Source: Myxococcota bacterium
GTDB lineage: Bacteria; Myxococcota_A; UBA9160; PR03
Assembly (NCBI GenBank): GCA_041611735.1
Contig: JBFIML010000009.1
Coordinates: 1 to 64,000 of the forward strand
Reading direction: 5' to 3'
Length of the DNA: 64,000 nt
Part shown: positions 29,045 to 41,808 of the stretch, in pieces
Layout: every line of letters starts with the position of its first letter
Position numbering within the stretch: position 1 is the first letter of the stretch
The notes under the pieces: model-generated
What the model was told of the DNA's origin: nothing
Databases searched by the model: none
Seen by the model: only the letters and a program-made list of their open reading frames with translations
Position numbers and translations under genes: made by a program

Positions 29045-30150
29045 CCGTCGCCCTGCATGGCAACCTGCGCGACTTCGGCATGGGCGAGGTCTTCCAGCTG
29101 ATCGGGCAGCAGCGCAAGAGCGGGGTGCTCGAGGTGGGCGGCTCCGGCGGCCGGGTGGAGCTCTGGTTCGACGAGGGCCGCATCGTATCGGCGATGCCCG
29201 TGCAAGCCGGCCACGATCAAGCCGCGCTCGGCGAGATGCTGGTCCGTTGCGGCCTGCTCACCCGCGAACGCCTGGCGGAGCTCGAGACGGAACGCGAGCC
29301 CGCGCTCTGCTCGCTCTCCCAGCTGCTCGTGGACCGCGAAGTGCTGGATGCCGACGAGATCGAGGAGATCGAAAATCTCCTGACCCGCGACACGATTTTC
29401 GACCTGCTGCGCTGGACCGATGGCTCGTTCGGCTTCGAGGCCCGCGCGGCGCGCCACGCCCGCGACCCCGAGGCCCTGCTGGGCGCCGAGCAGGTCCTGA
29501 TGGACGGGCTGCGCATGGTGGACGAGTGGCGCACCTTCGCCGCGGCGGTGCCCTCGGAGCAGACCGTCTTCCGGCGCGTCAAGAGCTTCGACGACTATCG
29601 TCGCTCCCGCGAGGAGGCCGACGCGGAGCGCCTGGCCCGCGAGGAGCGGATCTTCCTGCTGATCGACGGGCGTTCGAGCGTCCGTCGCGTGATCGACCTC
29701 TCCCGGCTCGGCACCTTCGAGGGCACGCGCGTGCTGGCCCAGCTGCGAGCCGCGCGGCTCATCGAGCCCGCGGCGCCGGCCGGGGCGCGCGACAAGCGGC
29801 GAGCGAGGGCCCGCGAGCCGGTGCGCCGGGGCCGACGTGCCACCGCAACGCTGCTCGGCCTCGCGGTCCTGGCCGGGTTGGCGGTGGCCACCCACGTCCG
29901 CTGGCCCGAGGCGGCCGGGACGGCGCCCGGCCGGGTGGAGCGCGATGCGCTGGCCGAGGCGCGCCTGCGCTACGAGACGCGTGCGGCGCGACACCTGCTC
30001 GAGGCCAGCCGCTTCGGGCTGGGACGGGCGCCGCACGGCTTCGCCGAGCTCGAGCGTTGGGGCGGGGGCGCGTTGACGTTCTCCCCTGCGGGTCCCTATT
30101 ATTATCAGAGCGGCGGACCCGGGCCGCTTCTTCTCGCCCCGGAGCACTGA
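29041..30150 (+). CDS. DUF4388 domain protein with C-terminal TM helix
   Basis: ALHGNLRDFGMGEVFQLIGQQRKSGVL, LGEMLVRCGLL, LLRWTDGSFGF, EQVLMDGLRMVDEW; TM LLGLAVLAGLAV. Confidence 0.82.
   Translation: MTVALHGNLRDFGMGEVFQLIGQQRKSGVLEVGGSGGRVELWFDEGRIVSAMPVQAGHDQAALGEMLVRCGLLTRERLAELETEREPALCSLSQLLVDREVLDADEIEEIENLLTRDTIFDLLRWTDGSFGFEARAARHARDPEALLGAEQVLMDGLRMVDEWRTFAAAVPSEQTVFRRVKSFDDYRRSREEADAERLAREERIFLLIDGRSSVRRVIDLSRLGTFEGTRVLAQLRAARLIEPAAPAGARDKRRARAREPVRRGRRATATLLGLAVLAGLAVATHVRWPEAAGTAPGRVERDALAEARLRYETRAARHLLEASRFGLGRAPHGFAELERWGGGALTFSPAGPYYYQSGGPGPLLLAPEH
30073..30102 (+). promoter_or_regulatory. Putative internal sigma70-type promoter for the phoH-ybeY-lnt-prfB run
   Basis: TTGACG (30073-30078), 18 nt, TATTAT (30097-30102) inside the 3' end of the DUF4388 gene. 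Confidence 0.55.
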
Positions 30151-30172
30151 CCTCCCGCCGCGGGAGACGCCT

Positions 30173-31182
<1,010 letters not shown>

Positions 31183-31186
<4 letters not shown>

Positions 31187-31626
31187 CCGTGCGTCTGGCG
31201 GGGCCGCCGCGGCGGCGCGGCGGCCCGGCGCCGGACCGCCGTCTGCTGCGCCGGCGAGCCCAAAGGCTGCTGGACACGCTGGGCCAGCCGCAGGCGGAGC
31301 TCTCGGTGAGCCTCCTCGACGACGCCGCCATGGCCGAGCTGAACGCGACCTGGCGCGGGCGCGACGCGCCCACGGACGTGCTGTCCTTCTCGCTGCTCGA
31401 GGGGCCCCACAGGCGCTTCCGGGGGCCCCTGCTCGGCGAGGTGGCGATCGGCGTGGAGACGGCGTCGCGCCAGGCGCGCCGGGGGCGCTGCTCCCTGGAC
31501 GACCAGGTGGCGCGCCTCTTGCTGCACGGACTGCTGCACCTGCTGGGGCACGATCACCAGCGGCCGGGGCAAGCGCGCAGGATGCGGGCAGAGGAGCGGC
31601 GCTTGTGGCGGGTGCTGTCCCCGTGA
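31183..31626 (+). CDS. ybeY: rRNA maturation RNase YbeY
   Basis: [29 protein letters not shown]. Confidence 0.95.
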
Positions 31627-33199
31627 CGCCGCGCGGACGGATCCTGGCGGGGCTCGCCTATGCGACGGCACTCTTCCTGGCCTTCCCGCACCCCGTGGGC
31701 GGGCGCGTCGTGGACGGCGGGCTCCTGGCCGGGTGGCTGGCGCCAGCCTGCCTGGTGGCGGGGCTGCGAGGGCTCGGCCCGTGGCGTGCCGCCGGGCTCG
31801 CCTTCGCAGCCGGCCTGCTGGCCCACGCCGCCATCTTCCACTGGATCTACGTGGTGACGGTCGTGTACGGCCACGCACCCGTCTGGGCCGGTGTGGCCGC
31901 GCCCCTGGCGCTCGCGATCTACCCGGCGCTCCTCACCGCTGGCTTCGGGGCGGGCCTGGCGGGGCTCGCGGGTCGCGGCCGGGCGGGCCCCTTCGCGCTG
32001 GCGGCGCTCTGGACCGCCGGGGACCATCTGCGGGCCTTTGCGCTGACCGGTTTCCCGTGGGCCACCCTCGGCTATGCCCAGCACGGCAACGCGGCGCTGC
32101 TCGGCCTGGCGCCGTGGACGGGGGTCTATGGCCTCTCCTTCGTCACGGTCCTCGCCGGGGCGGCCCTGGCCGACCTGGTCTCGGGCCCCCGCGTCGGCTG
32201 GCCGCGCCGGGAGGCCCGGGCGGCCCTCGGCGTGGTGCTGGTGCTGCACGGGCTCGGAGCCCTGGCCGCGCTTCGGGATGCGGCCGAGACGGACGCTGCC
32301 ACGCTGCGGGTGGCGGTGCTTCAGGGCGACATCGACCAGGGGGTCAAGTGGAGCCCCGAGTGGGCGGAGCGCACCCTCGAACACTACGAGGGCCTCACGC
32401 GCCGGGCAGCGGCCCAGGGAGCGGCGGCCATCCTGTGGCCCGAGACGGCGGTTCCCGGCTCCCTCACCAACCGCCCGGAGCTGCGCGAGCGCATCGCGGC
32501 CCTGGCCCGCGAGAGCCAGGCCCTGCTCGTGGTGGGCGGCGTCGGGGTGGTGGCGGACGGGGGCACGTGGCGCTTCTACGACAGCGCCTTCGCCTTCGCG
32601 CCCAGTGGTGCGCTGCTGGCGCGCTACGACAAGTCGCACCTCGTTCCCTTCGGCGAGTACGTGCCCCTGCGCGCCCTGCTCGGCCGCTTCCTGGGCGCGC
32701 TGGCCCGCGGCATCGCGCCGGCGGACGTGAGCGCCGGCCCGGCGCCCCAGGGCCTCGCGTTGCCGCATCCCGGCGGGAGCGGCGTCGTGACCGTCGGGGT
32801 CCCGATCTGCTATGAACTGCTGTTTCCGGACCTCGTCCGGCGCTTCGTTCGCGATGGGGCGGAGGTGCTCTTCGCGATCACGAACGACGCCTGGTACGGA
32901 CGCACGGGGGCGCCGTACCAGTTCCTCGCCATGACGGCCGTGCGATCCGCCGAGACCGGAGTCTGGACCGCGCGCGCCGCGAACACGGGGGTTTCGGCCA
33001 TCATCGACCACCGCGGCCGGGTGCGTGCGCGGACGCCGATCTTCCAGCGCGACCTGCTGGTTGCGGACGTGCCGTTGCGGCCGGCCGCTGCGCAACGTTC
33101 CTTCTACGTGAGGCACGGCGACGTCTTTGCCGGGGCCTGCTGGGCCGCGCTGGCAGTCCTGGCCGGGCTGCCGCGCCGCGTCTCGAACCGGGAGTCGCG

Positions 33200-33203
<4 letters not shown>
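31623..33203 (+). CDS. lnt: Apolipoprotein N-acyltransferase
   Basis: [47 protein letters not shown]. Confidence 0.96.
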
Positions 33204-34345
<1,142 letters not shown>

Positions 34346-34349
<4 letters not shown>

Positions 34350-35824
34350 GCGAGCAGGAGCGCGAGGCCCGGCGCGCGCGACTGCGAGCGCTGCGCGACG
34401 CGGGCACCGACCCCTATCCCGCGCGCATCGGGCCCGTCGTCCCGATCGCCTCCGTGCGGGCCGGCCACGACGGGAGCGATGCGGAGCGGCTCGAGGCCGA
34501 AGCGGTCGAGGTGGCGGTGGCCGGCCGGGTGATGGCGATCCGTTCCTTCGGGAAGCTCGTCTTCCTGCAGCTCCGGGAGTCGGGGACGGAGCTCCAGGCC
34601 AGCGCCCGCAAGGGCGGCTTGGAGGCGGAGGCCTTCGCCCGCGTGCGCAGCCTCGACGTGGGCGACTTCGTGCGCGTACGCGGACCCCTCTGGCGCACGC
34701 GCACCGGCGAGCTCACCGTGGACATCCGGGAGGTGACACTGGCCGCCAAGGCCCTGCGTCCGCTTCCGGAGAAGTGGCACGGGCTCACGGACGTCGAGAC
34801 GCGCTACCGGCAGCGCTATCTCGATCTGCTCATGAACGAGCCAGTGCGCAAGATGGCGCTGGCGCGCAGCCGCGCCGTGTCGGCCCTGCGCGAGTTCCTG
34901 GACGCGCGGGGCTTCCTCGAGGTGGAGACGCCGGTGCTGCAGCCGATCTACGGGGGCGCTGCGGCACGTCCCTTCGTCACCCACCACAACGTCTACGACC
35001 AGGACCTGTACCTGCGCATCTCCGACGAGCTCTATCTGAAGCGCCTCGTGATCGGCGGGCTCGATCGGGTCTACGAGATCGGCCGCACCTTCCGCAACGA
35101 GGGCATCTCCCGCAAGCACAACCCCGAGTTCACCATGATGGAGTGCTACCAGGCCTTCGCGGACTACCGGGACATGATGGATCTGACCGAGGCGATGCTG
35201 CAGCACGTGGTGCGGGCGGTGACTGGAGGCACCCGCGTGGTCCACCAGGGCCGGGAGATCGAGTTCGGCGGTTCGTGGCCGCGCCGTACCCTGCGGGACG
35301 CGGTGCGGGAGGCGACGGGCGTTGACGTGCTGGCGGCGGGCGATGTGGAGTCCCTGCGCAAGAGCGTGCGCGAGGTGGGGCTCGAGGCGGACGGGGCGAC
35401 CGGCTGGGGCAAGCTCGTGGACGATCTCCTGAGCCGCTACGTGGAGCCCCGCCTCGACCAGCCCACCTTCCTCACCGACTACCCGGTGGAGCTCTCGCCC
35501 CTGGCCAAGCGCTCCGCGGAGGACCCGCGGCTGGTGGAGCGCTTCGAGCTCTTCGTGGCGGGCATGGAGCTCGCCAACGCCTTCAGCGAGCTGAACGATC
35601 CGGACGACCAGCGAGCGCGCTTCGAAGCCCAGCGCGAGGCGGCCGCCGCCGGCGACATGGAGGCCCACCCCACGGACGACGACTACCTGCGCGCCCTCGA
35701 GCACGGGCTGCCTCCCACGGGTGGCCTCGGCGTGGGCGTGGACCGGGTGGTGATGGTGCTGACCGACGCCGCCACCCTGCGCGAGGTGCTGCTGTTCCCC
35801 CACCTGCGGCCGGAGTCCGGCTAG
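34346..35824 (+). CDS. lysS: Lysine--tRNA ligase (class II)
   Basis: LRPLPEKWHGL, RYRQRYLDL, GGAAARPF, FRNEG..HNPEFT, GLPPTGGLGVGVDR. Confidence 0.97.
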
Positions 35825-35825
35825 C

Positions 35826-37667
35826 ATGCCGCCGCTGCTGGCGCGGCTGTGGGAGCTGGTGGGCACCCTGGGCGGCAGCTTCGCCCTCGCCTTCATCGTG
35901 CTGATCGCGTGCGGGATCCTGGCGATGACGGCGCTGTTCGCGGGGGCGGCGGTGGTGGTGCTGGAGCGCTTCGCGCGCATCGCCCGCCGTCCCGTGCTGG
36001 TGATCGGGGCGGGCGGCATCTGGGCGCTGGTGGTGACGGCCCTCGGGGTCCAGGCCGCCGCCCCGGATCTCCGCACGGACACGACGCGCGAGCTGGCCCA
36101 GCAGCTCGGGGCGGCGGCGGGGGTCGGGTTGCTCGCCACCGCGGCGGCGGTGGCGGTGACCGCGCTGGCCCTGGCCCGCCTGCGGTCGCGCAGCCTGGGG
36201 CGCCTGGCCCTGGTGTGGGTCGGCCTGGGACTCGCCCTGGCTGCGGGCGGGGGCGCCTGGCCCGACCCCGCCACGGGCGCGACCCTGCGCGCTGCCGCTG
36301 GCGCGCTGCTCGCAAGCTTCGGGATGCTGGTCGTGCTCGGCCTGGTGCCCCTGGCCGCCGCCGGCTTCCTCGGCGCCCGGGGCCGCGCCGAGTGGTTCAT
36401 CGCCCGTCGCTACCTCTTCGCGCGCCGCCGCCAGACGCTCATCTCGGTGATCACCGCGATCTGCGTGGGCGGTGTGGCCGCCGGCGTCTGGCTGATCATC
36501 ACCGTCCTCTCGGTCATGAACGGCTTCGAGAGCATCTGGCGCGACGAGATCATCGGCAACCGCGCCCACTTCAACGTCTTCAGCGGGCTCGGCCCCTTCG
36601 AAGACTACCGGAGCGTGCTGGATCGCATCCTGGTCGTGCCGGGCGTGGTGGCCGCCTCGCCGTACCTGGACGCGGAGGGCATGGTCCGGGGCGAAGCCGG
36701 CGAGGTGATGGCGGTGCGCGTGCGCGGGGTCGATCCCGACCGCATCGGCGACGTCACCGACCTGCGCGACGATCTGGTGGCGGGGTCCCTGGAGGCCTTG
36801 AGCCGGCCGCCGTCCGGGAACGGCGCGGCGGGCGACGACGCGGAGGCGGATCCGGGCATCGTGGTCGGAGGGCAGCTGGCGGCGGCCCTCGGGCTCTCGG
36901 TGGGCGACCCGGTCCTGCTCGTCTCGCCCTTCGGCGGCCCCCCGACGCCCCTCGGCCCCGCCCCGCGCCTGGCGCGCTTCCGGGTGGTGGGCGTGTTCCA
37001 ATCGAGCTTCTTCCAGTACGACGAGGCCTTCACCTACGTGAACCTGGACGCCGCCCAGAGCTTCCGCCGCAGCGGCGACCTGGTGGACGGTTTCGAGGTG
37101 CGCACCACCGACTTCTACCGCTCACGCCAGGTGGCCGCGTTGGTGGAGGCCGCCCTCGGCTTCCCGTACTTCACGCGCGACTGGAAGGAGTTCTTCCCGG
37201 CCTTCTTCCAGGCCCTGAAGACCGAGCGCGTCATGATGTTCGTACTGCTCACCATGATCATGGTGGTGGCCGCCTTCGCGATCGTGGTGACGCTGGTCAT
37301 GATGATCATGGAGAAGTCGAGCGACATCGCGATCCTGAAGGCCATGGGCGCCGACGACGCGGCCGTCGAGCGCATCTTCGCCATCGAGGGCGCGCTGATC
37401 GGGCTGCTCGGCACGGCGCTCGGCGTGGTGGCCGGCATCGTGGTGACACGGCGTCTCGACTGGATCCAGCTGCAGGTGGAGCGGCTCACCGGGATCGACA
37501 CCCTGCCCGCGAGCGTCTACCAGTTCTCCACGCTGCCCTCCCGGCTCGACCCCGCCCAGATCGCGGCGGTGGTGGGCATCGCCATGGGCCTCGCCCTGGG
37601 CGCCACCTTCCTGCCGAGCCGCCAGGGCGCGCGCCTCGATCCCGCCGAGGCGCTCCGCTATGAGTGA
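35826..37667 (+). CDS. Lipoprotein-releasing ABC permease (LolC/E family) with long hydrophobic N-terminal extension
   Basis: [40 protein letters not shown]; upstream of lolD. Confidence 0.9.
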   Translation: MPPLLARLWELVGTLGGSFALAFIVLIACGILAMTALFAGAAVVVLERFARIARRPVLVIGAGGIWALVVTALGVQAAAPDLRTDTTRELAQQLGAAAGVGLLATAAAVAVTALALARLRSRSLGRLALVWVGLGLALAAGGGAWPDPATGATLRAAAGALLASFGMLVVLGLVPLAAAGFLGARGRAEWFIARRYLFARRRQTLISVITAICVGGVAAGVWLIITVLSVMNGFESIWRDEIIGNRAHFNVFSGLGPFEDYRSVLDRILVVPGVVAASPYLDAEGMVRGEAGEVMAVRVRGVDPDRIGDVTDLRDDLVAGSLEALSRPPSGNGAAGDDAEADPGIVVGGQLAAALGLSVGDPVLLVSPFGGPPTPLGPAPRLARFRVVGVFQSSFFQYDEAFTYVNLDAAQSFRRSGDLVDGFEVRTTDFYRSRQVAALVEAALGFPYFTRDWKEFFPAFFQALKTERVMMFVLLTMIMVVAAFAIVVTLVMMIMEKSSDIAILKAMGADDAAVERIFAIEGALIGLLGTALGVVAGIVVTRRLDWIQLQVERLTGIDTLPASVYQFSTLPSRLDPAQIAAVVGIAMGLALGATFLPSRQGARLDPAEALRYE

Positions 37668-38370
37668 CGAGCTGGTCCGCGCCGAGGGCTTGCACAAGGC
37701 GTTCGTGGTCGGCGACCGGCGCATCGAGGTCCTGCGCGGCATCGACCTGCGCGTGTCCGAGGGCGACCGGCTCGCCATCGTCGGCCAGTCGGGGGTGGGC
37801 AAGTCGACCCTGCTGCACATCCTCGGAGCCCTGGATCACCCGACGGCGGGCCGGGTGCACTTCCGCGGCGAGGACCTGTTCCGAAAGAGCCCCGACGAGC
37901 TGGCGCGCTTCCGCAACCAGTGCCTGGGCTTCGTGTTCCAGTTTCACCATCTGCTGCCCGAGTTCAGCGCGCTGGAGAACGTGATGATGCCGGGGCTGCT
38001 GCGCGGCCTGCCCGCGCCGGCCATGGGTCGCCGGGCCCGGGACATCCTCGAGGAGGTGGGCCTGGCGGAGCGCCTGGAGCATCGGGTAGGAAAGCTCTCG
38101 GGCGGCGAGCGCCAGCGCGTGGCGGTGGCGCGGGCCCTGGTCCTCGACCCGCCGCTGCTCCTGGCGGACGAGCCTACCGGCAACCTGGACGCGGAGACCG
38201 GCGAGCGCGTGGGCGACCTGCTGCTCGAGATGAACCGCTCGCGGGGGACCGCCCTCGTGGTCGTCACTCACAACGAGCGCCTGGCGACGCGCCTGGGCCG
38301 GATCGCCGCCCTGGAGGAGGGGCGCATGGCGGGCGAAGACTCCCGCAGCGAGCCCTCCGCGACGGTTTAA
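37660..38370 (+). CDS. lolD: Lipoprotein-releasing ABC ATPase
   Basis: [43 protein letters not shown]. Confidence 0.94.
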   Translation: MSDELVRAEGLHKAFVVGDRRIEVLRGIDLRVSEGDRLAIVGQSGVGKSTLLHILGALDHPTAGRVHFRGEDLFRKSPDELARFRNQCLGFVFQFHHLLPEFSALENVMMPGLLRGLPAPAMGRRARDILEEVGLAERLEHRVGKLSGGERQRVAVARALVLDPPLLLADEPTGNLDAETGERVGDLLLEMNRSRGTALVVVTHNERLATRLGRIAALEEGRMAGEDSRSEPSATV

Positions 38371-38408
38371 CTCTCTGGATCCAAAAGGAAAACGGAGAGA
38401 TGGCGGGG

Positions 38409-38437
38409 TTGCTTCCCGACCCCCACCCCTCTAGAAT
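38409..38437 (+). promoter_or_regulatory. Putative sigma70-type promoter for bamA-skp-lpx operon
   Basis: TTGCTT-17 nt-TAGAAT, 79 nt before the ATG at 38517. Confidence 0.6.
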
Positions 38438-38516
38438 GCCCAGATCCTGCGCTCCCCCGCGGAGCCTGCGCCCACTCCCTCGGAGGAACTGGTTGCCGAT
38501 CCGCCGCTTCGCCGGG

Positions 38517-41500
38517 ATGCGTGCGCCCCTCGCGCTCCGGCTGCTCGCGTTCGTGGCGGCGCTCGCGCCGCGCGCGGTCGCCGCGGAGCCGGTCAAGGTG
38601 CTGGTGGCCGTGCTGCCCTTCCAGGTGCACAGCGGGCGTTCGCTGGAAGGCCTGGAAGAGTCCCTGGCCGACCTGCTGGCCACGCGTCTGGAGGCGAGCG
38701 GCGAGGTGCGCGTGCTCGACGCGGTGGTGGTCCGCCAGGGACTCGTGGCCCATGTGGCCGGGGAGCGCACCGACGAGGTCCTCCGGCGCATCGCGTCGGA
38801 GCTCGGGGCCGACTGGGTGGTGGAGGGCAGCCTCACGGAGCTGGCGGGTCGCTTCAGCCTCGACGTGCGCGTCACGCCGGTGGGCACCCGCATCCCGACG
38901 CGCACCATGGTGCTCACCGCCGCGGGCGAGGAGGAGCTCCTGGAGCGGGTGAACGAGCTGGCGGACCAGGTGCTGCGCATCGTGGGACGGCGCGAGTCGG
39001 ACGTGATCGTGGCCGAGGTGCGCCTGGTGGGCGCCGAGACGCTGGATCCCGCCCTGCGGACCCGGCTGGCCACGCGGCCGCAGCGCGTCTACGCGGCGGA
39101 CCAGCTGGGGGCCGACCTGGACGCGCTGCGCGCCTCGCCGGGGGTGCAGGATGCCCGGGCCGAGGTGGCGCGCGGCCCCGCCGGCGTGGTGGTCACCTTC
39201 CACGTGACCCCGATGCCCGGCGCGCAGGTCGAGCGCGCCATGCCGCCGCCGGCGGTCCCGGGCGAGCAGGTCGCCGAGGTGCGCATCCGCGGCAACCGGC
39301 GCATCGAGGCGGACGCGATCCGCGCCCGCCTGGCCACACGAGCCGAGGCGCCCTACCTGCCCGCCCAGATCGTCCGGGACGTGCGCGAGATCCACGCCAT
39401 GGGCTTCTTCCGCGACGTGCGCGTGCTCACCGAGGCGTCGGAGGCCGGTCGTGTGGTCATCTTCGAGGTGGAGGAGAGCCCGGTGGTCCGGCAGATCACC
39501 ATCACCGGCAACGACGCCCTCGACTCCTCCCGCATCCGCGACGAGCTGACCCTCACCACCGGCTCCACCCTCGATCACCCGCTGCTGTTCGAGAACCGCG
39601 AGCGCATCCAGGCCCTCTACCGGGCCCAGGGCTACTACCTGGCCCGGGTGGGGTATACGATCGAGCCCCTGGCGGGCGAGGCGGTGGCGATCCACTTCGA
39701 AGTCACCGAGGGCAAGAAGCTGCGCTTGCGCAGGATCGGGTTCCTCGGCAACGAACACTTCAGCGACGAGGAGCTCAGGGAGGGGCTCAAGACCAAGCCC
39801 TGGCGCTTCTACTCCCACGTGACGCGCTTCCTGGACAATTCCGGGACCTACGCCGAGCCCGTCTTTCTCCAGGACCTGCAGACCGTGGAGCGCAAGTACC
39901 TGGACGCCGGCCTCCTGCAGGTGGAGCTGGAGGAGCCCCGCGTGGAGGCCGACCAGGACGGGCTCGTGGTGAGCGTCCGGGTGCGCGAGGGCCGGCGCTT
40001 CCGGGTCGGAGCCCTCGACGTGCGCGGCGATCCGACCGTGGATCTCGACGCGTTGCGCGAAGAGCTCTCGCTCGTGGAGGGCGAATGGTTCAACCGCTCC
40101 TACCTCACCCAGGACGTGGAGACGCTCACGCGTCGCTACACGGATCGCGGCTTCTACTTCGCCAGCGTGAATCCGGTCACGAACCTCTCCGAGGAGGAGC
40201 TGACCGTCGACGTGAATTTCGAGGTGGAAAAAGGCCCGCTGTACTTCGTGCGCGAGATCGAGATCGCCGGTAATACGCGCACCGTGGACCCGGTGATCCG
40301 GCGCGAGATGCAGCTGGTCGAAGGCCAGCTCTACTCGGCCCGCGCGCTCCAGGTGAGCCAGGGGCGCATCCGCGGCCTCGGCTTCTTCGAGGAGGTGAAC
40401 TTCGAGCCAAAGCCCACGGATCTGCCCGACCAGCTCGACGTGGACGTGAAGGTGGTGGAGCGGCCCACCGGCTCGTTGAGCTTCGGCGCCGGATTCTCGT
40501 CCCAGGACCGCCTGGTGCTGACCGGGAGCGTGGCCCAGGCGAACCTGTTCGGGCGCGGCTACGGCCTGCAGGCCTCCGTGGACACGGGCGGCCGCTCGGA
40601 CCGCTTCTACCTGTCCTTCTCGAACCCGTACTGGCTGGGCACGAGCTTCAGCCTGGCGACGACGCTGTTCCGCACCAGCATCCGCTTCGAGGACTTCGAA
40701 CAGGAGCAGGAGGGGGTCGACCTCACCCTGGGCCACGCCCTCGACGAAGAGAACCGCTCCCGCGGGTTCTGGCGCTACAGCTGGGCGAATCGGGAGATCG
40801 ACGAGGACACCCGGGTGAACGCCGCGTCGCTGATCCTGCGCCAGATCCTGTCGGGGGCGCAGTCCACCAGCCTGACGGCGCTCTCGTTCCGCACCGACAC
40901 GCGCGACGATCGCGTGCTCCCCACCGAGGGCTACCAGCTGGCCGGGTCGCTGGAGTTCGCCGGGCTCGGGGGCTTCGCCGAGTTCCTGCGCTTGGAGGGC
41001 CGCGCCTACTGGTACCGCAAGGTGCCGGAGCTGCGTTGGCTGCCGCTGCCCTTCGAGGACCGCTCCACGGTCATGCTGGCGGCGCGCTTCGGCTGGTCGC
41101 TTCCCTTCAACGACATCGCCGACTACGATCTGCCGGAGCGCGGCCCGCTCACCTGCGTCTCCGAGCAGGCCTGCCCCATCGATCTGATCGACGACGACCT
41201 CGAGCTGCCGCTGACCGAGCGCTACTTCCTGGGCGGCCTCGGCACCTTCCAGCTACGGGGCTTCCGGGCCCGCTCGGTGGGCCCGCGCCGGCCGATCCTG
41301 TACAACACGACCTTCGGCGGGGCGCTGGGCCTGGACAGCCGTGGACCGTACGCTCCGCTCGGGCGAGACCAGGCCGGCGTCTGCAAGGACACGGCCCTGG
41401 AGCAGGGCAACAACGACGGCATCTGCAACGACCTGGACGACGAGGATACCGACGACTTCGAGGACCTGGAGCAGACCGACGTGATCGGGGGCAACAAGTT

Positions 41501-41765
41501 CGTGTCGATGACCGCCGAGTACCGCTTCCCGATCTCCGAGGCGCTCGGCCTGGTCGGCATCTTCTTCCTGGACACGGGCAACGCCTTCGACGAGAACCAG
41601 AACGTCTTCGACGTGGGCAAGTGGCGCTTCGGAACCGGGGCGGGCGTGCTCTGGTTCTCGCCCTTCGGCCCGATCCAGGCCTTCTGGGGCGTTCCGCTCG
41701 ATCCGCTCGAGGACGTCGAGGACGCCTCCGTCTTCGAGTTCTCCGTGGGTGGGGCCGGCTTCTAG
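38517..41765 (+). CDS. bamA: Outer membrane protein assembly factor BamA with extra N-terminal domain
   Basis: Signal peptide, POTRA repeats (GNRRIE, GNTRT..VIRRE), ERPTGSLSFGAG, NLFGRG, LRGF, WFSPFGP, terminal Phe. Confidence 0.96.
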   Translation: MRAPLALRLLAFVAALAPRAVAAEPVKVLVAVLPFQVHSGRSLEGLEESLADLLATRLEASGEVRVLDAVVVRQGLVAHVAGERTDEVLRRIASELGADWVVEGSLTELAGRFSLDVRVTPVGTRIPTRTMVLTAAGEEELLERVNELADQVLRIVGRRESDVIVAEVRLVGAETLDPALRTRLATRPQRVYAADQLGADLDALRASPGVQDARAEVARGPAGVVVTFHVTPMPGAQVERAMPPPAVPGEQVAEVRIRGNRRIEADAIRARLATRAEAPYLPAQIVRDVREIHAMGFFRDVRVLTEASEAGRVVIFEVEESPVVRQITITGNDALDSSRIRDELTLTTGSTLDHPLLFENRERIQALYRAQGYYLARVGYTIEPLAGEAVAIHFEVTEGKKLRLRRIGFLGNEHFSDEELREGLKTKPWRFYSHVTRFLDNSGTYAEPVFLQDLQTVERKYLDAGLLQVELEEPRVEADQDGLVVSVRVREGRRFRVGALDVRGDPTVDLDALREELSLVEGEWFNRSYLTQDVETLTRRYTDRGFYFASVNPVTNLSEEELTVDVNFEVEKGPLYFVREIEIAGNTRTVDPVIRREMQLVEGQLYSARALQVSQGRIRGLGFFEEVNFEPKPTDLPDQLDVDVKVVERPTGSLSFGAGFSSQDRLVLTGSVAQANLFGRGYGLQASVDTGGRSDRFYLSFSNPYWLGTSFSLATTLFRTSIRFEDFEQEQEGVDLTLGHALDEENRSRGFWRYSWANREIDEDTRVNAASLILRQILSGAQSTSLTALSFRTDTRDDRVLPTEGYQLAGSLEFAGLGGFAEFLRLEGRAYWYRKVPELRWLPLPFEDRSTVMLAARFGWSLPFNDIADYDLPERGPLTCVSEQACPIDLIDDDLELPLTERYFLGGLGTFQLRGFRARSVGPRRPILYNTTFGGALGLDSRGPYAPLGRDQAGVCKDTALEQGNNDGICNDLDDEDTDDFEDLEQTDVIGGNKFVSMTAEYRFPISEALGLVGIFFLDTGNAFDENQNVFDVGKWRFGTGAGVLWFSPFGPIQAFWGVPLDPLEDVEDASVFEFSVGGAGF

Positions 41766-41808
41766 GCAGCTTCGGGTCTTCGGGACCGGAGGAGGGATCG
41801 AACAAGTC

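Noticed and set aside
38371..38400. A-rich stretch after lolD as an intrinsic terminator
   Set aside because: Stem is weak and there is no U-tract on the + strand; it could be an UP-like element, but this is unsupported.
37920..38516. Upstream extension of BamA to 1281 aa
   Set aside because: It overlaps lolD and a good promoter at 38409-38437; the signal peptide begins at ATG 38517.
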